A program made the position numbers and the translations under genes. The notes below the pieces were generated by a model. That model was not told where the DNA came from. It made no database searches and saw only the letters and a program-made list of their open reading frames with translations. Below are positions 56,743-64,000 of a DNA stretch of 64,000 nt, piece after piece (positions within the stretch are counted from its first letter, which is position 1; every line of letters starts with the position of its first letter). This DNA is from an uncultured bacterium. Its GTDB lineage: Bacteria; Acidobacteriota; Thermoanaerobaculia; Multivoradales; JAHZIX01. The stretch spans positions 96,001-160,000 of the forward strand of contig CBDUPA010000014.1 of NCBI GenBank assembly GCA_965368975.1, read 5' to 3'.

Positions 56743-57930
56743 ATGGAGCGCGCACCCCTGTTGTTGACGGCACCGGTGCGCACTCCGATCGGCAAGTTCG
56801 GCGGTGCACTGGCGCCGCTGTCCGCCGCTGATCTGGGCACCGCCGCTGCCGAGGCGTGCCTGGCGCGCGCCGGCTGCCCGCCCGAGGCCGTCGATCAGGT
56901 GATCTTCGGTCATGGGCGCCAGGCCGGCGGGGGCCCCAACGTGGCGCGCCAGGTGGCCTTCCGCGCCGGAGTGCCGGTGGAGCGCCCCGCCTTCACGGTC
57001 AATCAAGCCTGCGCCTCCGGGCTGCAGGCCGTCTTCGCCGCCGCTCGCGCGCTACTGCTGGGTGAAGCCCGGGTAGTGCTGGCGGGCGGCGTCGAGAGCA
57101 TGTCGAACACGCCCTACATGCTGCCGCGGGCGCGCTGGGGCTACCGCCTCGGCCACGCCGAGCTGACCGACGGCATGTACCGCGACGGCTTCAACGATCC
57201 GCTGTCCGAGCTGATCATGGGCGAGACCGCCGAGGAGCTGGCCGAAGAGGCCGGCGTCGATCGCGCGGCCGCCGATGCCTGGGCGGCGACGTCGCAGCAG
57301 CGCTGCCAGGCAGCGCGCGAGCGGGGTCGCTTTGTCCGCGAGATCGCACCGGTGACCGTCCAGGGACGCCGCGGTGACAGCCTCGTCGAGACCGACGAGC
57401 ACCCGCGCGACGACATCACCGCCGAAGGTCTGGCCCGGCTCGCGCCCGTGTTCCGCGACGGCGGCACGGTCACCGCGGGCAATGCTTCCGGTATCACTGA
57501 TGGCGCCGCCGCAGTCCTCCTGACCACCTCCGACGCGGCCGCCGAACTCGGCCTCGAGCCCGCCGGCCGCCTCGTCGACTGGCAAGTGGTGGGCGTCGAG
57601 CCGCGCGTCATGGGCATCGGTCCAGTGCCGGCGGTGGCACAGCTGCTGGAACGCCAGCGTGTCGACTTCGACGACATCGACCAGATCGAGCTCAACGAAG
57701 CCTTCGCCAGCCAGGTGCTGGCCTGCGTCCAGAAGTGGCCGATCGGGCGCGAGCGCGTCAACCCCGATGGCGGCGCCATCGCCCTCGGCCATCCGATCGG
57801 CTGCACCGGCACACGCATCCTGGTCACGCTGCTCCACGGCTTGGCGGAGCACGGAGGCACCACGGGCATCGCGACTCTGTGCGTCTCGGGCGGCATGGGC
57901 GCGGCGGCCCTGGTCGAAGCAATCGACTGA
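56743..57930 (+). CDS. Acetyl-CoA C-acyltransferase (thiolase)
   Basis: NQACASG, NEAFA, GHPIG, CVSGG. Confidence 0.96.
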   Translation: MERAPLLLTAPVRTPIGKFGGALAPLSAADLGTAAAEACLARAGCPPEAVDQVIFGHGRQAGGGPNVARQVAFRAGVPVERPAFTVNQACASGLQAVFAAARALLLGEARVVLAGGVESMSNTPYMLPRARWGYRLGHAELTDGMYRDGFNDPLSELIMGETAEELAEEAGVDRAAADAWAATSQQRCQAARERGRFVREIAPVTVQGRRGDSLVETDEHPRDDITAEGLARLAPVFRDGGTVTAGNASGITDGAAAVLLTTSDAAAELGLEPAGRLVDWQVVGVEPRVMGIGPVPAVAQLLERQRVDFDDIDQIELNEAFASQVLACVQKWPIGRERVNPDGGAIALGHPIGCTGTRILVTLLHGLAEHGGTTGIATLCVSGGMGAAALVEAID

Positions 57931-57969
57931 AGCAGACGGACTCTCAACCCACTCCGATCAGGAGGCGTC

Positions 57970-58728
57970 ATGCCCGTCACCTTGCAGCGTACCGGCCGCG
58001 TCGCCACCGTGGTGCTCGACAAGGCACCGCTCAACATTCTCGACCTCGACCTGATCGACCGCCTGGACCAGGTGCTAGCGGCTCTGAGCTACGAGGACGA
58101 TCTCCAGCTGGTGGTGCTGCGCGGCGCCGGCAAGGGCTTCTCGGCTGGCGTTTCGGTGCAGGATCACAGCGCCGACAAGGTCGACGACATGCTCGACGGC
58201 TTCCACGGTGCGGTGCGCAAGCTGCGCAGCCTGCCTGCCGTCACGCTCGCGGCGGTCCACGGTGCCTGCCTGGGTGGCGGCTGCGAGCTGGCGACGGCCT
58301 GTGACCTGGTACTCGCCACCGACGAGACCCGCTTCGGCCTGCCCGAGATCCGTCTCGGTTGCTTCCCGCCGGTCGCCGCCACCCTCTACCCGCGTCGCCT
58401 CGGCCCCGGACGCACGCTCGACCTGCTGCTCACCGGCCGCGAGTTCAGCGCCAGCGAGGCCGAAGAGCTGGGCCTGGTGACCTGGCGCTGTGCCGCCACC
58501 GATCTGGACCTGCGCCTGCAAGAGAAGATCGCCGAACTGACCACCTTCTCCGCCCCGGTCAGCCGCCTGATCAAGCAAGCGGTGCGCGCCGGCATGAGTC
58601 GACCGTTCGACGAGGCGCTGGTGGAAGCCGAGGAACTCTACCGCCGCAAGCTGGTGCCCCTCGACGACATGCGCGAAGGGCTCGACGCCTTCCTGGAAAA
58701 GCGCGAGCCCGAGTGGACGCACCGCTGA
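57970..58728 (+). CDS. Enoyl-CoA hydratase (cyclohexadienoyl-CoA hydratase-like)
   Basis: PLNILD, FSAGVSVQDH, CLGGGCELA, PEIRLGCFPP. Confidence 0.85.
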   Translation: MPVTLQRTGRVATVVLDKAPLNILDLDLIDRLDQVLAALSYEDDLQLVVLRGAGKGFSAGVSVQDHSADKVDDMLDGFHGAVRKLRSLPAVTLAAVHGACLGGGCELATACDLVLATDETRFGLPEIRLGCFPPVAATLYPRRLGPGRTLDLLLTGREFSASEAEELGLVTWRCAATDLDLRLQEKIAELTTFSAPVSRLIKQAVRAGMSRPFDEALVEAEELYRRKLVPLDDMREGLDAFLEKREPEWTHR

Positions 58729-58750
58729 GTTGACGTCGCGATGGCTCCAT

Positions 58751-61135
58751 TCAGGGAGGAAAGATCCCAGACCAGCGCGACAGATCTCCACTCTCGAAAC
58801 CATCCGTGAAGATCAGGTTCGGGCAGGCGTAGCGGGCCATGAAGTAGGACGACACTGCGCCGGTGATGGTGAACTCACCGCCAGCGTACAGGGACGGGCC
58901 GGTGCCGTCGTCGAAGGTGCCGAGGGCCCACACGAGGGCATTCATGCCGGTCTGCACGTCGCTCCAGCCGCTGCCATCCCAGGCCGCGACGGCCTGCGCG
59001 GGTTCGGCGGTCCCCGAGGCGCCACCGACGGAGTTGAAGTCACCACCGGCGATGAGCATCGAGCCGGAGCCGTAGTCGAAGACGGTCAGGGCGTTGACGC
59101 GCAGCGGGTCGAAGCCGTAGGGATCGGCGACATCGCCCAGCGACGACCACGATGCGCCATTCCAGGCCGCGATGTGGCTGGCGACAGCATCACCGGTAGT
59201 GAAGCGTCCGCCGACGTAGAGCTGCTCGCCACCGCCGTCGTCCCAGACCTGCAAGGCGCGCACGGCGGCCTGGCTGGCGAAGTCGAGGTCGTTGGGCAGG
59301 GAGTTCCAGGACGACCCGTTCCAGCGCGCGATCAACCCGGCATTCATGCCGCCGGCCTGGGTGAAGCCGCCACCGGCGTAGAGTTCGGCGCCGTTGCCGT
59401 CGTCGTAGACCGCCAGCGCCCAGACGACGCCATTGACGCCGAGACCGACCGGCGACCAGGAGGTGCCGTCCCACTTGGCGATGCCACTGGCCGCCATACC
59501 GCCGGCCATGGAGAACCCGCCACCGACGTAGAGTGCGGGACCACCGCCATCATCGTAGACCGCCATAGCCAAGACCGACCCGTTGACGCCAGAACCGAGC
59601 GTCGACCAGGACGTACCGTCCCAGGCTGCGATGTTGTTGGCCGCGGAGCCACCGGCGGTATTGAAGACGCCGCCGACGATCAATTCCTCACCGCCGCCGT
59701 CGTCATAGACGGTGAGCGCGTTGACCGACGTGTCTCCGCCAGCCGACGCGACGCCAACGCCGAGCGCGGTCCAGGCCGTGCCGCTCCAGCGCGCCACGTA
59801 GTTGGCGGGAACATCGCCGACGCTGGTGAACCAGCCTCCGGCGTAGAGCGCTTCGCCACCGCCGTCATCATAGGTGGCAAAGGCGAGCACCTTGTCTTCG
59901 GGGGCTTCCGCGTCGATGGGGCCGTGCAGACCGGCCCACGACGTGCCATTCCACGACGCGATCCGTCGATGACTGGCACCACCGGCGAGAGAGAAAGCGC
60001 CACCGGCGATCAAATCCGCACCGCCGCCATCGTCGAAAGAAATCATCGCCAGGACCGCATCAGTCGTTCCGGTACCCAGTGCGGACCAGGCCGTGCCATT
60101 CCACGACGCGATCCGCACCGTCGCGGCACCATCGACCATGGTGAAATCACCGCCCACGTAGAGTTCGTCACCGCCGCCGTCGTTGTAGACCGCTAGAGAG
60201 TGGACGCTCGCATTGACGCCACCGCCGGCCGTGACACCCAAAGCCGACCACGTCGTCCCATTCCACGACGCCACACGGTTCGCCGCCGTGCCACCGGCCG
60301 CGATGAAATCACCACCAGCGTAGAGTTCGGCACCACCGCCATCGTCGTACACCGTCAGCGCTCGCACCACGTTGCCGGCACCGGTGCCAACCGTGGCCCA
60401 GGTGGTGCCGTTCCAACGCGCAATGTAGTCTGCGCTCATGCCGCCAGCGGTGGTGAACTCGCCACCGACGTAGAGCCGCGCACCGCCGCCGTCGTTGTAC
60501 ACCGCCAGCGAGCGCACGGGCGCGTCGACGCCGGTGCCGAGCGCGGTCCAGGTCGAACCGTCCCACCTGGCGATGTTGGAAGCTCCGCCGCCGCCGGCCA
60601 TGGTGAAATCACCGCCAACATAGAGGTCTTCGCCGCCACCGTCGTCATACACCGCCAGCGCGTAGACGCGACCGTCCAGACCACTGCCGAGTGCCGTCCA
60701 GGAGGACCCGTCCCACTTGGCGACATAGTTGGCCGCGCCGCCGCCGGAACCGGAGATCTTGGTGAAGTTGCCCGCCGCATACAGCGCATCCCCGCCGCCG
60801 TCGTTGAAGACAGCCAACGCGTCGACCTGCCGGTTGAAGCCCAGGCCGACTTTGCTCCAGCCACTGCCGTCCCAGCGCGCAACGAAGTTGGCGATCACGT
60901 CTTCGAGTAGCTTGAACTCACCCCCGGCGTAGAGCGCGTCACCGCCGCCGTCGTCGAAGACAGCCAGAGCCTTGACGTCGTCGCTCGGATACGGTCGATG
61001 GAAGCCGCTCTGCCAGGCACAGTCCGGAGACTGAGCGTACAACTGGGCGGGCACGCTCATCGCCAGCACAAGACATCCCAGTCCCAGGCCTCCTACGAAC
61101 CACGCGCTTGTCGTCAGTGAAGAGATGAGTTTCAT
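58751..61135 (-). CDS. Secreted beta-propeller repeat protein (14 repeats)
   Basis: Signal peptide; 14 units like V.ALAVYDDGGG..LYAGG.F..AGG....IA.WDG..W; C-terminal IFTDGFESGDLSRWS; GGAGG RBS. Confidence 0.9.
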   Translation of the reverse strand: MKLISSLTTSAWFVGGLGLGCLVLAMSVPAQLYAQSPDCAWQSGFHRPYPSDDVKALAVFDDGGGDALYAGGEFKLLEDVIANFVARWDGSGWSKVGLGFNRQVDALAVFNDGGGDALYAAGNFTKISGSGGGAANYVAKWDGSSWTALGSGLDGRVYALAVYDDGGGEDLYVGGDFTMAGGGGASNIARWDGSTWTALGTGVDAPVRSLAVYNDGGGARLYVGGEFTTAGGMSADYIARWNGTTWATVGTGAGNVVRALTVYDDGGGAELYAGGDFIAAGGTAANRVASWNGTTWSALGVTAGGGVNASVHSLAVYNDGGGDELYVGGDFTMVDGAATVRIASWNGTAWSALGTGTTDAVLAMISFDDGGGADLIAGGAFSLAGGASHRRIASWNGTSWAGLHGPIDAEAPEDKVLAFATYDDGGGEALYAGGWFTSVGDVPANYVARWSGTAWTALGVGVASAGGDTSVNALTVYDDGGGEELIVGGVFNTAGGSAANNIAAWDGTSWSTLGSGVNGSVLAMAVYDDGGGPALYVGGGFSMAGGMAASGIAKWDGTSWSPVGLGVNGVVWALAVYDDGNGAELYAGGGFTQAGGMNAGLIARWNGSSWNSLPNDLDFASQAAVRALQVWDDGGGEQLYVGGRFTTGDAVASHIAAWNGASWSSLGDVADPYGFDPLRVNALTVFDYGSGSMLIAGGDFNSVGGASGTAEPAQAVAAWDGSGWSDVQTGMNALVWALGTFDDGTGPSLYAGGEFTITGAVSSYFMARYACPNLIFTDGFESGDLSRWSGIFPP

Positions 61136-61249
61136 GAGTCCTCCCGGAGGTGGATTGATTCTGGATAACGAGTTCTTTCGAGTCTTCGCGGTCGTGATCT
61201 ACGCGGTATCCGTCGTTCACAGTCTTTTGTAACCAGAACCCGCCTTCCG

Positions 61250-61824
61250 TTACATATCGACCTCGTCGACCAGTTCCGACCCCGACCAACGGCGCAGACT
61301 TCCGCGCTCGAAGTCGTCCGCGAAGAGCAGGGGCTCGCAGGTGTACTTGGCGAGGCTGAAGGCTTCGGCACCACCAACTTGCTGGAAAGCACCACCCGCG
61401 AACAAACTCGGGCCGCTGCCGTCGTCGTACGATGCCAGCGTCCGAACAATTGGGAAGGGATCTGGTGAGAAGCTTCCTTGGACGTCGACCCAGGCTATGG
61501 CTGGACCGATTGCATCCCAGCGGGCGATCCCAGCGACGGGATGGCCAGCCACACTTCGAAACTCACCACCGGCATAGAGTGCCGGCCCGCCAAGAAGAAT
61601 CCGCAAGCGATGAGCGAGCGTTCTCCGCTCACATTCACTTTGGCCACTTCGTAGACTTCACCGGGCAGATCCATACCACCAACCCAGCGACACGCTTCAG
61701 CGCCAGCTCTGCCGGGAATCTGAATGAGTGACAGACAAGCGATGGCGAGAGTCAGGACGCTCCAACGTAGGAAACACCGCTCTGGTATCAAAGACGGGAA
61801 AAGGAAAACCGAGACTTGTTCCAT
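61250..61824 (-). pseudogene. Internally deleted, frameshifted paralog of the beta-propeller gene
   Basis: N-terminal signal plus first blade in one frame (...SLIACGFF); last two blades and LFADDFERGSLRRWS in another; junction near 61592. Confidence 0.7.
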
Positions 61825-61996
61825 GGCTGGCTCCCCATCAGCAAGAGTACCCACATACTACCCGCTAGCCTAGAACGACCCGAAACTACTTTCTCTCAAG
61901 CACGGAGGATCACGGTATGCTCGACGCGACAACCGCTGGTCCGCCGCGGGGTCATTCCCTCGATATATCACTCGTTTCGACATAGGAGATCCGATC

Positions 61997-62773
61997 ATGG
62001 CTGAAGCCGTTCTGATGGAGCGCGAAGGTCGCGTCGCCATTCTCACCGTCAACCGCCCGGACAAGCTCAACGCGCTCAACGAAGCCGTGCGCACCGAGAT
62101 GCTCGCGCACCTGGAAGCCATCGAGACCGACGACAGCATCGGCGCGGTGGTGATCACCGGTGCTGGCGAGAAGGCGTTCATCGCCGGGGCCGACATCGGC
62201 GAGTTCGCCGGCCGCAGCCCGTTCGACCAGCGCCACGCCATGCGCTCGCCGCGCGTGTTCGACGTCATGTCCGAGTTCCCGAAACCGGTGATCGCGATGA
62301 TCAACGGCTTCTGCCTGGGCGGCGGCTGTGAGCTGGCGTCGAGCTGCGACATGCGCATCGCGTCCGACAACGCCAAGTTCGGTCAGCCGGAGATCAAGCT
62401 CGGCATCATTCCCGGTGGCGGTGGCACGCAGCGCCTGTCGCGCCTGATCGGGCTCGGTCACACCATGCGCTTGGTGCTCACCGGCGACTTCATCGGCGCC
62501 GCCGAGGCCAAGGACATCGGCTTGGTCGAGCAGGTGGTGCCGGCGGCAGAGCTGCGCGAGACGGCGGTCGGGCTGGCGCAGAAGATCGCGTCCTTCAGTC
62601 CGCTGACCGTCAAGGTGGGCAAGGAAGCCGTGCGCGCCGGCGAGCGTCTGAGTATCGAGGACGGCATCCGCTACGAGCGCGACCTGTTCTGCCTGTGCTT
62701 CTCGTCCGAAGACAAGGAGGAGGGCGTCGACGCCTTCCTCAACAAGCGCAAGGCGGAGTGGAAGGGCCGCTGA
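61997..62773 (+). CDS. Enoyl-CoA hydratase (crotonase)
   Basis: AGGAG RBS; NRPDKLNAL, AFIAGADI, GGGCEL, GQPEIKLGIIPGGGGTQRL. Confidence 0.95.
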   Translation: MAEAVLMEREGRVAILTVNRPDKLNALNEAVRTEMLAHLEAIETDDSIGAVVITGAGEKAFIAGADIGEFAGRSPFDQRHAMRSPRVFDVMSEFPKPVIAMINGFCLGGGCELASSCDMRIASDNAKFGQPEIKLGIIPGGGGTQRLSRLIGLGHTMRLVLTGDFIGAAEAKDIGLVEQVVPAAELRETAVGLAQKIASFSPLTVKVGKEAVRAGERLSIEDGIRYERDLFCLCFSSEDKEEGVDAFLNKRKAEWKGR

Positions 62774-62780
62774 TCCGGTC

Positions 62781-63713
62781 TTGCTCGTGACGAAGCTGCC
62801 GACCCACGACGGCTCCTCCTATGGCGGACCCGTCTTCGACGCCCACGTCCACATCCAGCCGCCGGAGCAGTTCAAGCCGCACATGCGGCCGCTGGTCGAC
62901 CCCGGTGACGCGGCGGCGTTGGAGGCATTGCGCTCGCCAGCGGCGTTGCTACGTTTGATGGACGAGGCCGGCGTCGAGAAGGTGGGCATGATCCAGTACG
63001 TGGCGCCGGAGCTCATGGGCTTCGACGCCGCGCTGCTGGACTACGGCCTCGACTTCGCGCGCCACGCCCCGGACCGCCTGGTACCTTTCGGCGGCGTCCA
63101 TCCACGGCACTGCACGCATCCCGGCGACGACGTCGAGCGCCTCTACGAGCGCGGTGCGCGGGCGCTCAAGTTCCACCCGCCCCACCAGATGTTTCAGGTC
63201 AACGCCTACCTGGACGCCCTGCCCCACCTGGCGCAGGCCTACGAGCGCGCACAGGCGCTCGGCATGCCGATCACGATCCACACCGGTACCTCCATCTTCC
63301 CCGGTGCCCGCAACCGCTTCGCCGACCCCATGCCGGTGGACGATGTCGCCGTCGACTTCCCGGATCTCAAGCTGATCCTCGCCCACGCCGGCCGGCCGCT
63401 CTACATGGACACCGCCTTCTTCCTGGCCCGGCGGCACCCGAACGTCTACCTGGAACTCTCCGGCATCCCACCAAAGAAGATCCTCGACTACCTGCCACGC
63501 CTACCGCTGATCGCCGACAAGGTGCTGTGGGGCACGGATTGGCCGAGCCCGGGTGTACGTGAATTGGGCAAGAATTTATTTGCTTTTCGGCAGTTGGGAC
63601 TGGGCGAGGAGGTGGAGCGCAAGATTCTGTGGGACACGCCCATGCGGGTGTTCGACACAGCACCCACGCCTGCATCCAAGACCCTGCGTCGCAATGCACA
63701 GCGCTTGCGATAA
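62781..63713 (+). CDS. Amidohydrolase-2 family metallohydrolase
   Basis: DAHVH, KFHP, IHTG, LAHAG, GTDWP. Confidence 0.9.
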   Translation: MLVTKLPTHDGSSYGGPVFDAHVHIQPPEQFKPHMRPLVDPGDAAALEALRSPAALLRLMDEAGVEKVGMIQYVAPELMGFDAALLDYGLDFARHAPDRLVPFGGVHPRHCTHPGDDVERLYERGARALKFHPPHQMFQVNAYLDALPHLAQAYERAQALGMPITIHTGTSIFPGARNRFADPMPVDDVAVDFPDLKLILAHAGRPLYMDTAFFLARRHPNVYLELSGIPPKKILDYLPRLPLIADKVLWGTDWPSPGVRELGKNLFAFRQLGLGEEVERKILWDTPMRVFDTAPTPASKTLRRNAQRLR

Positions 63714-63772
63714 GCATGCTATAGTTTGTAGCTTCAAGCCAGCGCCAAACCTGAATTTCCACTAGAGACAAT

Positions 63773-64000
63773 ATGAACTCCACACCTGGCAGAGTTCTGG
63801 CAATCGCTAGCCAGAAAGGTGGCGTCGGCAAGACGACGCTCGCTCTCAACCTCAGTCACGCCTTTGCTTCGTTGGGATGGAAGACGCTGCTGATGGACGC
63901 CGATCCACTGGGCAGCATCGGCCTGTCGCTGCGCGAAGATCTTGCCAATCGCGCCGGCCTCGCCGAAGTCGCTGCCGAACGTGCCCAACTGGACGATGTG
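63773..64000 (+). CDS. ParA/Soj family ATPase, N-terminal part (runs off window)
   Basis: Hand translation: MNSTPGRVLAIASQKGGVGKTTLALNL...LLMDADPLG. Confidence 0.9.
   Translation, partial: MNSTPGRVLAIASQKGGVGKTTLALNLSHAFASLGWKTLLMDADPLGSIGLSLREDLANRAGLAEVAAERAQLDDV

Noticed and set aside
56743-57930. Thiolase as an OleA-type hydrocarbon-forming partner of the pfa cluster
   Set aside because: Has canonical thiolase motifs (NEAF, GHPIG, CxxGG), and no oleBCD genes are present.
55681-60196. Long alternative ORFs (55681-57006 minus, 58730-60196 plus; likewise 5592-6947, 25530-27170, 32172-33761, 35666-37201)
   Set aside because: Antisense to well-supported genes; expected in high-GC DNA and lacking family motifs.
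63714-64000. parS site or plasmid origin near the ParA gene
   Set aside because: No GTTTCAC-GTGAAAC-like palindrome or iterons seen; the gene is truncated by the window edge.

Overview
High-GC bacterial chromosomal segment. Gene style, including the C-terminal 'IFTDGFESGDLSRWS' motif and the Y1-transposase type, suggests Acidobacteriota/Thermoanaerobaculia; this is an inference. Housekeeping and envelope genes: partial rel/spoT, MgtC-like protein, nitroreductase, lipase, Ldh2 oxidoreductase, histidine kinase, peptide ABC genes, queA, gcvT-H-PA-PB, Spy/CpxP-like protein, carbamoyltransferase, tamAB, mscS, pepQ and a DUF6516-type TA pair. Larger loci: a complete three-gene PUFA-synthase-like cluster in myxobacterial order (ER, KS-AT-2xACP-KR-DH, KS-CLF-AT-DHs), and an acyl-CoA catabolic gene run interrupted by a 14-repeat beta-propeller gene plus a collapsed paralog. 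The most unusual signal is an HUH (RAYT-like) tyrosine transposase with two dispersed motif families. Family A is the non-palindromic AGGTGCCAGCCGA: it is duplicated beside the transposase, has an inverted variant at its other end, and recurs in sense orientation inside queA, an SGNH-like gene and the PKS. Family B consists of GTAGGGG REP-like hairpins that bracket a lower-GC ECF-sigma islet, supply two stop codons and sit in-frame in a PKS linker. No rRNA, tRNA or CRISPR array was seen. All calls are by eye, without database searches.
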